From Wenzhouxiangella sp. (GTDB lineage Bacteria; Pseudomonadota; Gammaproteobacteria; Xanthomonadales; Wenzhouxiangellaceae): DNA of 64,000 bases. The notes under the pieces are model-generated. The model was not told the DNA's origin, made no database searches, and saw nothing but the letters and a program-made list of their open reading frames with translations. The position numbers and the translations under genes are program-made. Every line of letters starts with the position of its first letter. Position 1 is the first letter of the stretch. Below, piece after piece: positions 48,691-59,377 of the stretch. The stretch lies in assembly GCA_007134485.1 (NCBI GenBank), contig SLKT01000040.1:16696-80695 (forward strand). The letters run 5' to 3'.

Positions 48691-49845
48691 TCAGCGTCCC
48701 TCCCGGCCGCGGCGGGCCCGAGCATCGGTTTGTGACATTCGCTGCTGTTCCTGGGGTGACATCAGGGGCGATGGCGGTGGCGGCGCAGCGCCGTGGCCCT
48801 CGCGCATGGTATCGAGCGGCAAATAGAACATGTTGTTGGAATCGGTCACATCCATCAGGATCTTGGCAGAGCGCCCGTAGACCTTCTCCAGGGTTTCGAG
48901 GTAAAGACGCTCACGGGTCACCTCGGGCGCCAGGGCGTACTGGTCATAAATGGCGACAAACCGGTCGGCCTCACCAGTCGCCTGGGCGATGATGGCATCG
49001 CGATAGCCCTGGGCTTCCTCGAGCACTCGAGCTGCCCGACCACGCGCCTCCGGCACCTCCTGGTTGGCGTACGCCTGGGCTTCGTTGGCAAAGCGGATCT
49101 GGTCCTCTCGGGCGCGAACGACATCGTCAAAGGCCGAGCGAACCTGGCTGGGTGGACGAACCTGCTGAAGGTTGAAAGAAGTGATATCGATACCCGGGTC
49201 GTAGCGCGAGATGATCTCCTCGAGCAGCGCCTGGCTGTCAAGGGCAACCTGGCCTCGACCGATCTCGAGGATGAAGTCCATGTTGTTGGTGCCGACGATT
49301 TCGCGCATGGCGCTATCGGCGGCCTGGGCCAGCGAGTCGATCGGGTCCTCGACATTGAACAGGAATTTCTCCGGTTCAACGATTCGATATTGCACCGCGA
49401 AGGCCAGGTCGATGAGGTTCTCATCACCGGTCAGCATGCGGCTCTGGCTTTCCAGGGAACTGACCCGGCTGACGTTGACCTTGATGACTTCCTCGATCGG
49501 TCGCGGCATGGTGATATTGAAACCCGGCGTCAGCGTGCGACTGTATTCACCGAAACGCAGCACGACGCCGCGCTCGGATTCGTCGACAATATGAATGGAG
49601 TTCCAGGCAATCCAGATCAGCAACAACACGCCGACCAGCAGAAACAGGCCGCCCATTGACGGGCCACCCCTTCCTGACGATCCGCGCTTGTCATCACCAC
49701 CACCGCCGCCCATGATCTTCTTCAAGCGGCGCTGGACGTTGGCGAAGACCTCATCGAGGTCGGGCGGTTGCTGACCATTGCCGCCTTTCCAGGGATCGCG
49801 GTCACCACCGCCACCACTTCCCCGTCCGGGTTCATTCCAGGGCAT
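48691..49845 (-). CDS. hflK: FtsH modulator HflK
   Basis: MPWNEPG, DPW, QQPPDLDE, LTGDENL, VTRERLYLET; start moved to ATG 49845. Confidence 0.96.
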   Translation of the reverse strand: MPWNEPGRGSGGGGDRDPWKGGNGQQPPDLDEVFANVQRRLKKIMGGGGGDDKRGSSGRGGPSMGGLFLLVGVLLLIWIAWNSIHIVDESERGVVLRFGEYSRTLTPGFNITMPRPIEEVIKVNVSRVSSLESQSRMLTGDENLIDLAFAVQYRIVEPEKFLFNVEDPIDSLAQAADSAMREIVGTNNMDFILEIGRGQVALDSQALLEEIISRYDPGIDITSFNLQQVRPPSQVRSAFDDVVRAREDQIRFANEAQAYANQEVPEARGRAARVLEEAQGYRDAIIAQATGEADRFVAIYDQYALAPEVTRERLYLETLEKVYGRSAKILMDVTDSNNMFYLPLDTMREGHGAAPPPPSPLMSPQEQQRMSQTDARARRGREGR

Positions 49846-49941
49846 TGACTTCTCCGTAGATTCCGATTGCCTGTGGGTAAGAAAATTCTTGGATTCCGGT
49901 AGCGCTCGCACAACCTGATGGCGCGCCGTCTACCGGGCCGA

Positions 49942-51249
49942 CTAGTTTAACAGGAGTTGCTCGGCCAGTTTACCGTCAGGACCGTCAAGGCGGGTCAATT
50001 GCCGCACATCGCGCCGGTCCAGATCAACCTCGAGCTCACTGCCGCCCCGGTCATCAACGCGTTCGGTGCGTACCACGCCCAGCTCGAACAGCCGGGCGCG
50101 CAGACGCTGACGCTTGGCCGGCAGGTGAATCCAGCGGTGAATGCGACCTTCGCCGATGCGCTCGCCAATGGCCTCGGCCAATGCATCCATGCCTGCGCCG
50201 GTGCGCGCCGACACCCACACGGCGCTCACCTTCCCGGAAGCATCGCGCTCCAGACCGGCCGCATGCTCCGACAGGTCGACCTTGTTAAAGACTTTCAGGT
50301 GTTCCAGGTCGCCGGCCCCGATGTCATTGAGCACCTCTTCAACGACGCCCTGATGGCGCAACCGGTCGGGATCGACACAATCGATGACGTGAATCACCAG
50401 GGTCGCCGACAGCGTCTCTTCGAGTGTCGCGCGAAACGCCGCGATCAGCTCATGCGGCAGATCACGAATGAATCCGACCGTGTCGGAGACCAGCACGGTG
50501 CCTCCGTCAAGTCCCTGGATTCGCCGCACGGTCGGGTCCAGGGTTGCGAACAATTGGTCCTTTTCCAGCACCTCGGCCGAGGTCATGCGATTGAACAGGG
50601 TGGATTTGCCGGCATTGGTGTAACCGACCAGCGCGACCAGTGGCGCCTCGCCGCGCTCACGCGCTCGACGACCCTGGGCGCGACGCTGCTCGACCTTGGC
50701 CAGTCGGGCGGTCAACTGACGAATGCGATTGCCAAGCAGGCGGCGATCGGTTTCGAGCTGGGTTTCACCCGGCCCGCGCAAACCGATTCCGCCGCGCTGG
50801 CGTTCGAGGTGAGTCCAGCCACGAACCAACCGGGTGGACAGGTGTTTGAGCTGAGCCAGCTCAACCTGCAACTTGCCTTCATGGGAGCGTGCTCGCTGGG
50901 CGAAGATGTCCAGAATCAAGGTGGTGCGGTCGAGCACGTTGCACTTGAACCGTCGCGCCAGGTTGCGCTCCTGGACCGGGCTCAGCCGGGCGTTGACCAG
51001 GACCAGCCCGACCTGGTGCTCGGCGATCTGCTCAGCCACCTCCTCGACCTTGCCCGACCCAACCAGATAGCGTGGATCCGGCCGATCCCGCGGCGCCTTG
51101 ACCTCGGCCACAATCTCCAGACCAGCGGATTCGGCCAGCAGCCGGAACTCTTCTCGCGAATCGGCATCATCCCCGACTTCCATAATCGGATGGAGCAACA
51201 AGGTGGCCGAACTTGCGGCCCGTTGGGCCGATGAAGCGGAATCGATCAG
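49942..51249 (-). CDS. hflX: Ribosome-splitting GTPase HflX (probable CTG start at 51249; ORF track start 51201)
   Basis: [51 protein letters not shown]; GAGGAG 8 nt before a CTG that overlaps the hfq stop. Confidence 0.95.
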   Translation of the reverse strand: MIDSASSAQRAASSATLLLHPIMEVGDDADSREEFRLLAESAGLEIVAEVKAPRDRPDPRYLVGSGKVEEVAEQIAEHQVGLVLVNARLSPVQERNLARRFKCNVLDRTTLILDIFAQRARSHEGKLQVELAQLKHLSTRLVRGWTHLERQRGGIGLRGPGETQLETDRRLLGNRIRQLTARLAKVEQRRAQGRRARERGEAPLVALVGYTNAGKSTLFNRMTSAEVLEKDQLFATLDPTVRRIQGLDGGTVLVSDTVGFIRDLPHELIAAFRATLEETLSATLVIHVIDCVDPDRLRHQGVVEEVLNDIGAGDLEHLKVFNKVDLSEHAAGLERDASGKVSAVWVSARTGAGMDALAEAIGERIGEGRIHRWIHLPAKRQRLRARLFELGVVRTERVDDRGGSELEVDLDRRDVRQLTRLDGPDGKLAEQLLLN

Positions 51250-51485
51250 GGTTCAGACTCCTCGTCGCCCGGATCAAGTCGCACGTTGCGCGCCGGAACG
51301 ACGGTCGAAATGGCATGTTTGTAGATCATCTGGCTGACCGAATTCTTGAGCAAGACCACAAAGTTATCGAACGATTCGATCTGCCCCTGCAACTTGATCC
51401 CGTTGACCAGATAGATCGCGACCGGAATGCGCTCCCGACGCAATGCATTCAGGAATGGATCCTGCAGCGATTGACCTTTAGACAT
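51246..51485 (-). CDS. hfq: RNA chaperone Hfq
   Basis: [38 protein letters not shown]. Confidence 0.99.
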   Translation of the reverse strand: MSKGQSLQDPFLNALRRERIPVAIYLVNGIKLQGQIESFDNFVVLLKNSVSQMIYKHAISTVVPARNVRLDPGDEESEP

Positions 51486-51567
51486 ATTATTCTCCTTTGA
51501 ATTCTCAGTCTATCGTTGTTGAGGGATCGTTTGCATTCCATGCGATTTCGCCCGGCTGCAAGCCCAT

Positions 51568-52533
51568 TCAGCCGAGTCTGCCTCGCTGTCGTGAAAATCT
51601 CTCTACCTGATTGAAAATTCTCTTAATTGTAAGGCTTCTGCCCGGATCATACCAGAGTGCGCCTGAAAACTGTCGCAATGCGGTCAACTGCCGCTTGGCC
51701 AGCTGCCGGGTGGCGGATCGGGCTCGGTCGACGAATGCCTGTCGATCAAGCCGCCCATCGAGATACTGCCAGGCCTGGCGATAACCGACACTGCGCATGG
51801 ACGGCGATGACACACTCAGCGCGCGACGTCGACGCAAAGCCGAAACCTCATCGAGAAACCCCGCCTCCAGCATTTGGTCAAGCCGTATGCCGATACGCTG
51901 ATGCAATACATGGCGATCAGTCGGGGTCAACACAAGTCGGAGCGTGACCAGGCGCGGCAAGCGATTGTGACGATGAAAACAACTGGGCCCCTTGCCGGTC
52001 AGTCGGACAATCTCGATGGCGCGCTGGATTCTCTGTGGATCATTGACTGAAATCGAGGCGGCCGCCTGCGAGTCGATTCGCGCCAACTCGGCATGCAGGG
52101 CCGCCCAACCGCTGGATTCGGCCTGACGAGCGATCTGGCGACGCACTTCCGGGTCAGCGCCTGGCAAGCGGTCCAGGCCATAGATCAGGGCACGCAACCA
52201 CATCATGGTGCCGCCAACCAGTAGCGGTAAACGCTTGTTGCGTGCCGATTGCTCCATGCAGGCCCGGCAATCACGCTCGAAATCCGCCGCCGAATAGGCT
52301 TGCTCGGGCTCACAGACATCGATCAGGGCATGGGGAAAGCGTTGGCGAGTGGCGGCGTCAACCTTGGCCGAGCCGATATCCAGGCCGCGGTAAACCTGGG
52401 TCGAATCGACACTGATCAAGTCAACCGGGAAACGCTCGGCCAGGGCCAGTGCAATCGCGGTCTTGCCGGCCGCCGTGGGTCCGGCCAGGATTACCGCCGG
52501 TGGCAGGACCGGATGGTCGTCGCTATTGTCCAC
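51568..52533 (-). CDS. miaA: tRNA dimethylallyltransferase
   Basis: GPTAAGKT, ISVDSTQVYRGLDIGSAK, VGGT, RSVGYRQ, TRQLAKRQ. Confidence 0.97.
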   Translation of the reverse strand: MDNSDDHPVLPPAVILAGPTAAGKTAIALALAERFPVDLISVDSTQVYRGLDIGSAKVDAATRQRFPHALIDVCEPEQAYSAADFERDCRACMEQSARNKRLPLLVGGTMMWLRALIYGLDRLPGADPEVRRQIARQAESSGWAALHAELARIDSQAAASISVNDPQRIQRAIEIVRLTGKGPSCFHRHNRLPRLVTLRLVLTPTDRHVLHQRIGIRLDQMLEAGFLDEVSALRRRRALSVSSPSMRSVGYRQAWQYLDGRLDRQAFVDRARSATRQLAKRQLTALRQFSGALWYDPGRSLTIKRIFNQVERFSRQRGRLG

Positions 52534-54283
52534 GCAGGAACAGCCGGTCCAGCGACTTCATGTCCATCTGCACCCAGGTCGGCCGTCCATGATTGCATTG
52601 ATCGCTACGCTCGGTGCGCTCCATGTCCCGCAGCAGGCCGTTCATCTCGTCGAGCGTCAAGCGGCGGTTGGCCCGCACCGATCCGTGGCAGGCCATGGTG
52701 GAGAGCAATTCATCAATGGCCGACTCCACTCGGGTGCTGTCACCCAATTCGACCAGATCGGCCAACACATCGCGCACCAGGACGATGCTGTCGGCCCGGG
52801 CCAGCAAGGTCGGTACGGCCCGGATCACCAGGCTTTCCGGGCCGGCCAGGCCCAGGTCGAAGCCAAGCTGATTGAGCGCATTCGCATGCGTTTCCAGTGC
52901 GTTGGCTTCGCGCCGCGAAATGGCCAGCTTCTCGGGGACCAGCAAGCGCTGGGACTTGACCCGCTCCTGAGACCAGGTGCTCTTGAGTTGCTCGTAGACA
53001 ATGCGTTCGTGAGCAGCATGCATGTCGACCACGATCAGACCCTGGGCGTTTTCGGCCAGCACAAACACACCATGAATCTGGGCAACGGCAAATCCCAGGG
53101 GTGGAATGTCCTGCGCGTCCTCACCGCCTTCGGACTGACGGATCGATGCCAGCTCGGCATAGCGCGCAACGCTGTCTCTCACCCCGAGGCCCAGCCCGCC
53201 CTGCTGACCCGATGCCGCGGGGCCGGAATGACCGGATCGCGCGAACGCCTCATCGGGCGTCGCGGACGCACCGGCCGATCCACCGGGCCGGGTCTCGGCC
53301 AAGAACGAGTGTATCGTCGAAAACAGGAAGTCATGAACCAGACGACTGTCACGGAACCGGACTTCGGTCTTTTGCGGATGAACATTGACGTCGACCCGAC
53401 CCGGATCAATGTCAAGCTTGAGCACGAAGGCCGGATGGCGACCGTGAAACAGCACGTCCCGATAGGCCTGGCGAATGGCATGGGCCACCAGCCGGTCCTT
53501 GACCAGGCGGCCATTGACGAAAAAGAACTGCAAGTCGGCTTGACTGCGCGAGAAGTTCGGCCGGGCAATCCAGCCGGACAAACGCAAGCCGGCATGCTCG
53601 CGTTCAATGTTCAGCGATTGCTCGACAAACTCATTGCCGCACACCTCGCCCACCCGACGTTGTTCACCGGCCTGATCCGACACCGATGGCAGACGCCGAA
53701 CCGCTCGCCCGTTGTTGATCAGTTCAAAGCCGATCCCCGGGCAGGCCAGGGCCATGCGCCGGACCAGTTCATCGATGTGGTTGTACTCGGTCCGTTCGGT
53801 ACGCAGGAACTTGCGCCGGGCCGGGGTGTTGTAGAACAGGTCGCCGACCTCGATGACGGTCCCGGGCGGCATCCCTGACGGGGCCGGTTCGCCGACCTGC
53901 CCGCCTTCGGCCGTGACTTCGAAACCGCTGTCCTGGTCGGGCGGCCGCGAGGCCAGGCGGACCCGCGCCACCGAGGCAATCGAGGGCAGCGCCTCACCGC
54001 GAAACCCCAGACTCGCCACCCCTTCCAGATCCTCCAGGCAGGCGATCTTGCTGGTCGCATGGGCGCTCAAGGCCAGGATCAGTTCATCGCGTGCAATGCC
54101 GCGACCATCGTCACTGACCCGTATTCTGCGCGTCCCGCCCTGCTCCACTTCCACGCGGATCTTTCCAGCACCGGCATCAATGCTATTTTCGACCAGCTCC
54201 TTGACCACCGACGCCGGACGCTCAACCACTTCCCCCGCAGCGATCTGGTTGACTAGATGGACTGGAAGCTGACGGATGGACAT
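52523..54283 (-). CDS. mutL: DNA mismatch repair protein MutL
   Basis: NQIAAGEVVERPASVVKELVENS, GFRGEALPSI, DMHAAHERI, ACHGS, CNHGRPT. Confidence 0.98.
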   Translation of the reverse strand: MSIRQLPVHLVNQIAAGEVVERPASVVKELVENSIDAGAGKIRVEVEQGGTRRIRVSDDGRGIARDELILALSAHATSKIACLEDLEGVASLGFRGEALPSIASVARVRLASRPPDQDSGFEVTAEGGQVGEPAPSGMPPGTVIEVGDLFYNTPARRKFLRTERTEYNHIDELVRRMALACPGIGFELINNGRAVRRLPSVSDQAGEQRRVGEVCGNEFVEQSLNIEREHAGLRLSGWIARPNFSRSQADLQFFFVNGRLVKDRLVAHAIRQAYRDVLFHGRHPAFVLKLDIDPGRVDVNVHPQKTEVRFRDSRLVHDFLFSTIHSFLAETRPGGSAGASATPDEAFARSGHSGPAASGQQGGLGLGVRDSVARYAELASIRQSEGGEDAQDIPPLGFAVAQIHGVFVLAENAQGLIVVDMHAAHERIVYEQLKSTWSQERVKSQRLLVPEKLAISRREANALETHANALNQLGFDLGLAGPESLVIRAVPTLLARADSIVLVRDVLADLVELGDSTRVESAIDELLSTMACHGSVRANRRLTLDEMNGLLRDMERTERSDQCNHGRPTWVQMDMKSLDRLFLRGQ

Positions 54284-54349
54284 GGGTGGTGGAGGTGGGT
54301 TGAGGAACGCGTCTGTCGGAGCATTTATGGTAACCCGGTTGGGGGGAAG

Positions 54350-54398
54350 CGGTTTCCGGTTTACGGTTTCCGTCTCCCATCTCCCGTCTCCCGTCTCC
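54350..54398 (-). repeat. Seven contiguous heptamers (CGGTTT[C/A])3-(C[G/A]TCTCC)4 between amiB and mutL; G-quadruplex pattern on the mRNA strand
   Basis: Minus strand reads GGG-AGAC-GGG-AGAC-GGG-AGAT-GGG then GGAAACCGTAAACCGGAAACCG. Confidence 0.9.
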
Positions 54399-54406
54399 CG
54401 TTGGAG

Positions 54407-55723
54407 TCAGCTCCCGCCCGGAATCACCAGCACGGACCCGGGATGAATCACATCCCCATTGAGGTTGTTGGCCTCGCGCAGGCGTCCCACCGACACCTGG
54501 TAGCGTTGTGCGATAAGGCCCAGGGACTCGCCCCGTGACACGACATGGCGATCGCGCACACGGTTAGCCGCAAACCAGGTGCCTTGCGGCGCATTGCGCT
54601 CGAAATGACGCTGCACGCCGGCGGTAATGGCCTCGGCGACCTGGCGACGGTGGGTGGCATTATTGAGATTCTGCTCATCCTGCGGGTTGCTGATGAAGCC
54701 GACCTCGATCAGCACGCTCGGGACATCGGGCGAGCGCAGAACCACGAAGTTGGCGCGCTCGACTCGGCTGCGATGCCGTCGGCCGACGTGGCCGAGCTGA
54801 TCGAGGATCTGCTCGGCGGCATCGTTGCTGTACTCCAGGGCAGCGCTTTGTGATAGATCGAGCAGCACGGAGTTGAGCATGTCATCGCCCCGGTCCAGCT
54901 TGACGCCACCGACCAGATCCGACTGGTTCTCGCTTTCGGCCAGCAGGCGGGCGGCCTCACTGGACGCGCCGCTTCGTGACAGCACATAGACCGAGCTGCC
55001 GCGCACGCGAAAATCCTGGAAGGCATCGGCATGCAGGGACACGAAAAGATCGGCCTTGGCCTTGCGAGCGCGATTGTAGCGCTCGTGCAGGGGCACAAAA
55101 TAATCACCGGTGCGGATCAGGACCGCGCGCATACCGGGTTTGTCGTCGATATGCTTGGCCAACTCTCTGGCAATGGCCAGCGTCACCTCTTTTTCCTGGG
55201 TGCCGCTGGGACCGATTGCCCCCGGGTCTTCGCCGCCGTGTCCGGGATCAATGGCGACGATCATGTCACGCTCGCCCCGGGTGGCCTCGCGCACTACTTC
55301 GCGAACCCGCTCGGCCGGGCTCTGGGCATCTTCGGGGGTCAGATCAATGACAAGGCGATGGCCGTACTTGCCGGCCGGGTCGAGCAGAAAGCTTTGCGGT
55401 TTGGCGCCGGCCTCGAGATCAAAAACCACGCGCAAGTCCGTACCGTTGCGCACGCCATGACGCACACCCCGGATCACCCCGCCACGTTCGCTATCGAACG
55501 GCAACTCACCGGCCGTCGCGGCGCCATCGATGTCGACAACCACTCGGGCCGGATCATCCAGGGTGAACAATCGGTACTCGACACGCTGGTCGAGATCAAG
55601 TACGGCCCGGGTGCTGTCGGGACCCGCCCAGACGCGCAGATTCTCGATTTCGGCCGCCCAGGACAGCGAAACCCCGACCACCAGGACGGCAGCGAAGCAG
55701 ATTTTGGCCTTGAGCATTGACAT
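54407..55723 (-). CDS. amiB: N-acetylmuramoyl-L-alanine amidase (AMIN, Amidase_3, LysM), AmiB/AmiC type
   Basis: Signal peptide, IDPGHGGEDPGA, FVSLHADA, PSVLIEVGFISN, C-terminal LysM; directly upstream of mutL. Confidence 0.9.
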   Translation of the reverse strand: MSMLKAKICFAAVLVVGVSLSWAAEIENLRVWAGPDSTRAVLDLDQRVEYRLFTLDDPARVVVDIDGAATAGELPFDSERGGVIRGVRHGVRNGTDLRVVFDLEAGAKPQSFLLDPAGKYGHRLVIDLTPEDAQSPAERVREVVREATRGERDMIVAIDPGHGGEDPGAIGPSGTQEKEVTLAIARELAKHIDDKPGMRAVLIRTGDYFVPLHERYNRARKAKADLFVSLHADAFQDFRVRGSSVYVLSRSGASSEAARLLAESENQSDLVGGVKLDRGDDMLNSVLLDLSQSAALEYSNDAAEQILDQLGHVGRRHRSRVERANFVVLRSPDVPSVLIEVGFISNPQDEQNLNNATHRRQVAEAITAGVQRHFERNAPQGTWFAANRVRDRHVVSRGESLGLIAQRYQVSVGRLREANNLNGDVIHPGSVLVIPGGS

Positions 55724-55853
55724 CAACGGCGTCCACCATGAACTGACCCGCTAACAATGATGCACTCAAATGATCAATATTTCAAGCTAAAACTGATAGA
55801 TACAAGCATTTCCCAGAACCAGGGTTCAGTTCAGGCCGTAACTCTGAACTTAC

Positions 55854-56345
55854 TCATCCCGTCCGGCCCAGCTCGCGGGAGCCGTGCTCCTCATCCCGGC
55901 TTTCCCCATCTCGCAATCCGAGCAGCACCTCAAGCTGTTCACTCTTCTCATTCGACAGAAGATCGGCCAGGGTGTATCGATTCAGAGTCGCCAGGAATTG
56001 TGCAAGCGCTTCACCAAGCATTCCCTTCAGTCGACAGGCCGGAGTGATCACGCATTGATTGTCGGAGCGGAAGCATTCGACCAGCCCCAGATCGGGCTCC
56101 ATGACCCGAACCACTTCACCAATACGGATTTCGTCCGCTGCACTAGACAGGTTCAATCCGCCACCGACTCCGCGAACGGAACGCACGTAGCCACTGGCCG
56201 CCAGCCGCTGAACGACTTTCATCAGGTGGTTTCTCGAGATTCCATAGGCCTCTGAAATCTCCCGGATGGTGCTACGCTCGTCGGGCCTGAGACCCAGGTA
56301 AATCAGTACTCTGAGTGAATAGTCGGTGTAGTGGGTCACTCTCAT
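55854..56345 (-). CDS. nsrR: Rrf2-family NO-responsive repressor NsrR
   Basis: TDYSLRVLIYL, SRNHLMKVV, RGVGGG, LVECF...CVITPACRL (three Cys). Confidence 0.85.
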   Translation of the reverse strand: MRVTHYTDYSLRVLIYLGLRPDERSTIREISEAYGISRNHLMKVVQRLAASGYVRSVRGVGGGLNLSSAADEIRIGEVVRVMEPDLGLVECFRSDNQCVITPACRLKGMLGEALAQFLATLNRYTLADLLSNEKSEQLEVLLGLRDGESRDEEHGSRELGRTG

Positions 56346-56474
56346 GGTTCGTCTGTCAGCAGCCAGGCCGGGAACCGGATCGGATACTGAATGCCTCCGC
56401 TAGGTTTAGGATTCCGTCAACATCTGAACCGTTTTATAACGCAGGATCGACATCACTCACTTGAGCAGCGTCAA

Positions 56475-56486
56475 TAAATGCATTCA
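56475..56486. promoter_or_regulatory. Possible NsrR half-site upstream of nsrR
   Basis: TAAATGCATTCA, palindromic AATGCATT core, resembles the AANATGCATTT half-site; no good second half-site. Confidence 0.3.
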
Positions 56487-56530
56487 AAAAAGTGTTTTTA
56501 GGACAATTGACCGATTTTAGTCAAGTGTTC

Positions 56531-57331
56531 TCAGCGGGCAGGCAAGAACTTGAGCGGATCCTCGGGCCGGCCATCACGGCGAATCTCGAAATGCAGGATT
56601 TCTTCATCGCGCTCGTTGCGACCCATTTCGGCAATCGCCTGGCCTGCCCGAACCCGGTCTCCCTCATTGACCAGACGACGCCGGTTATGCCCATAGGCAG
56701 ACAACATGCTTTCCGAGTGCTTGATGATGATCAGGTCGCCATATCCGATCAGAGCGGCGCCACTGTAGACCACATCCCCCTCGGCGGCGGCGACCACGGT
56801 CTGTCCGGACTCACCGCCAATTCCGATCCCGCGCCGTGTCGCCGAGGGATCGAACGGCCGGGTGACTCGCCCTTCAGTCGGCCAGCGCCAATCCACACCG
56901 GCCACGCGCCGGGTCTCATCCGGATCGGCTGATTCGTCCGGCCTGGACTCCGGTTCCGGGGCCTTCGGTTGCGGGACTTCCTCCTTGGTTTCGGTTGGAG
57001 TGGTCTCGGCGACGCGCGGTGGAGCGCTCATGCGCAGCTCCTGACCCGGCCGGATGGTGTAGGGCTCATCAATATCATTCCAGTCGGCCACCTTTCGCCA
57101 ATCCAGACCGAAGCGAAAGGCTATCGAGTAAAGGGTGTCTCCCCGACGCACTTCGTAAATGGGCGGGGGTGGTTGAACGGGCGGGCGGGTGTCCGTGGGC
57201 GGTGCCGGAACTCGCGGCTCATCGACCGGGTCCGGGCGCCAGGGGCCACAGGCGGTAACCAGCGCCATGGCCAACAGCACAAGCAGAAACATTCGAACTG
57301 GTGCGAGACCACATGGGCGCCTCGGAGACAT
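56531..57331 (-). CDS. nlpD: LysM + M23 lipoprotein NlpD
   Basis: Lipobox VTAC, VRRGDTLYSIAFRFG, WRWPTEG, YGDLIIIKH, LHFEIR; downstream of pcm; exact start uncertain. Confidence 0.92.
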   Translation of the reverse strand: MSPRRPCGLAPVRMFLLVLLAMALVTACGPWRPDPVDEPRVPAPPTDTRPPVQPPPPIYEVRRGDTLYSIAFRFGLDWRKVADWNDIDEPYTIRPGQELRMSAPPRVAETTPTETKEEVPQPKAPEPESRPDESADPDETRRVAGVDWRWPTEGRVTRPFDPSATRRGIGIGGESGQTVVAAAEGDVVYSGAALIGYGDLIIIKHSESMLSAYGHNRRRLVNEGDRVRAGQAIAEMGRNERDEEILHFEIRRDGRPEDPLKFLPAR

Positions 57332-57345
57332 CAGGTCACCCGACT

Positions 57346-58005
57346 CTACTCAAGGCCACCCAGCAGCGGCACGAACACCACAAGCCCAAGATCTTCACGT
57401 TCGAATCCCTTGTCCGTGCGCGTGGTACGAATCAGGCGCTGATGGCGCCCTTCCTGTTCGGGAGCCACAAGAACACCGCCAACCGCCAATTGTTCAAGCA
57501 GTGAATCCGGAATCAAGCCACCGGCCGTGACCAGGATGGCGTCGAAGGGCGCCTGGGTCGGCCAGCCGTTCAATCCATCGGCATGGCGAGTGTAAATGTT
57601 GTGCATCCCAAGACTGTGGAAACGCTGGCGCGCCAGGCGCACCAGCTCGCCGATCCGCTCGGTGCTGAAGACCTTGTCGGCCACGCGGCTCAGGATTGCG
57701 GCTTGGTAGCCTGAGCCCGTGCCGATCTCAAGCACCTTGGACAATCTGCCGTCACCAAGCACCGCCTGGGTCATCAGGGCCACCACGTAGGGTTGCGAGA
57801 TGGTCTGTCCCCGACCAATGGGCAAGGCGGTATCTTCGTAGGCACGCGAAGAAAGCGCTTCATCGACAAACAGGTGACGCGGGGTCACCCTGATCGCCTC
57901 GAGTACCCGCTCGTCGCGTATACCCTTGGCGCGCAGGCGACTGACCAGGCGCTGGCGCGTGTTCTCCGAGGTCATGCCGATGCCCCGCTGGGCCGCAGGT
58001 GTCAT
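57346..58005 (-). CDS. pcm: Protein-L-isoaspartate O-methyltransferase
   Basis: [36 protein letters not shown]. Confidence 0.97.
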   Translation of the reverse strand: MTPAAQRGIGMTSENTRQRLVSRLRAKGIRDERVLEAIRVTPRHLFVDEALSSRAYEDTALPIGRGQTISQPYVVALMTQAVLGDGRLSKVLEIGTGSGYQAAILSRVADKVFSTERIGELVRLARQRFHSLGMHNIYTRHADGLNGWPTQAPFDAILVTAGGLIPDSLLEQLAVGGVLVAPEQEGRHQRLIRTTRTDKGFEREDLGLVVFVPLLGGLE

Positions 58006-58775
58006 TCCCTCCCCCCACTGGAATTTAGATGGTCGATCCAGTGACTGACCTGATCAAGCGCCTGATACCGGGTCAGGTCGACGTGAATGGGCGTCACCGA
58101 GACAAATCCCTGGCGGATTGCATTGAAGTCGGTGCCGGGGCCGTTGTCCTGCTCGCCGCCCGGCGGGCCGATCCAGTAGAAGCTGCGCCCGCGGGGGTCA
58201 TTGAGCGGTATGACATCCTCGGATCGATGTCGGTGCCCAAGCCGAGTGGTTTCAAAGCCCCTGACCTCTTCCCAGGGCAAATCGGGTACGTTGACATTGA
58301 GAATCGTGTCCGCCGGCAGCGGTTCGGCGATCAGACGCTGCATCAGGATGCGCGCCACCCGGGCGGCGGTTTCGTAATAACTAGGGCCTTCGCGGCCGTA
58401 AACCAGAGACACGGCCATCGCCGGGAGACCGAGAAATCGACCCTCCATGGCCGCGGCCACTGTCCCGGAATAGAGCACATCATCGCCGAGATTGGCGCCG
58501 GCATTGATGCCGGAAACCACCATGTCCGGCTCCTCTTCGAGCAAGCCCGTGATGGCAATATGCACGCAATCGGTGGGTGTGCCGAATACCCGGTAGGCGC
58601 CGTCACTACGTCGGTCCACCCGAATCGGCTGATCCAGGGTCAGAGAGTTGCTGGCGCCCGATCGATCCCGATCCGGAGCAACCACGGTCACCTCTCCACA
58701 CTCTGCAAGTCGCTCGGACAACAGGCGAATTCCCGGTGCGTACAGGCCATCGTCGTTGGATATGAGAATATGCAT
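58002..58775 (-). CDS. surE: 5'/3'-nucleotidase SurE
   Basis: [48 protein letters not shown]. Confidence 0.98.
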   Translation of the reverse strand: MHILISNDDGLYAPGIRLLSERLAECGEVTVVAPDRDRSGASNSLTLDQPIRVDRRSDGAYRVFGTPTDCVHIAITGLLEEEPDMVVSGINAGANLGDDVLYSGTVAAAMEGRFLGLPAMAVSLVYGREGPSYYETAARVARILMQRLIAEPLPADTILNVNVPDLPWEEVRGFETTRLGHRHRSEDVIPLNDPRGRSFYWIGPPGGEQDNGPGTDFNAIRQGFVSVTPIHVDLTRYQALDQVSHWIDHLNSSGGRE

Positions 58776-58837
58776 GCTTGAATGGTCCTCGGTCAGACGT
58801 CACTATAAATGCTTGCAAGCCGCTTCGGAGAGTTTTG

Positions 58838-59371
58838 ATGGCCATCGACGATGACGAACGCGAACTGTTTCGCAGCTCGGTCGGTCCAGTGCGCCGAATT
58901 CAGGCAGAGCGCCGTCACCAGCCGCAACCGGCCGCTCGGCCCGTACCCGCGCAGCGTCAGGCCGACGAGACAGCCGTTCTGGACGAAATGGCCCATGGCC
59001 CGATCGATTTCGACCACATCGAATCCGGAGAGGAGCTGCAATGGCTTCGTCCGGGGATGCAGAAGCGAATTGTAAAGCGTTTGCGTCGTGGACACTGGCG
59101 TGTTCAGGATGAAATCGATCTTCACCAGATGAATACCGAGGCCGCTGCAAATTCGATCCGGACATTCATACGCCTGGCCGAGCGCGATGGCTTGAGCTGT
59201 GTCAAGATCATCCATGGCAAAGGCTTGAGGTCCGGGCCCGATGGCCCTCGCCTCAAGCGCCTGACGGCCCGATTGCTCAGCCGCATGAGCCCGGTTTGCG
59301 CATTTTCCTCTGCGCCCGCCCATGACGGCGGCACGGGTGCAGTCTATGTGCTGTTGAAACCCGGGCGTTGA
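58838..59371 (+). CDS. Smr/MutS2 domain protein
   Basis: RLRRG, IDLH, KIIHGKG, GGTGAVYVLL; start moved to ATG 58838 after GGAG. Confidence 0.92.
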   Translation: MAIDDDERELFRSSVGPVRRIQAERRHQPQPAARPVPAQRQADETAVLDEMAHGPIDFDHIESGEELQWLRPGMQKRIVKRLRRGHWRVQDEIDLHQMNTEAAANSIRTFIRLAERDGLSCVKIIHGKGLRSGPDGPRLKRLTARLLSRMSPVCAFSSAPAHDGGTGAVYVLLKPGR

Positions 59372-59377
59372 CTCGAC

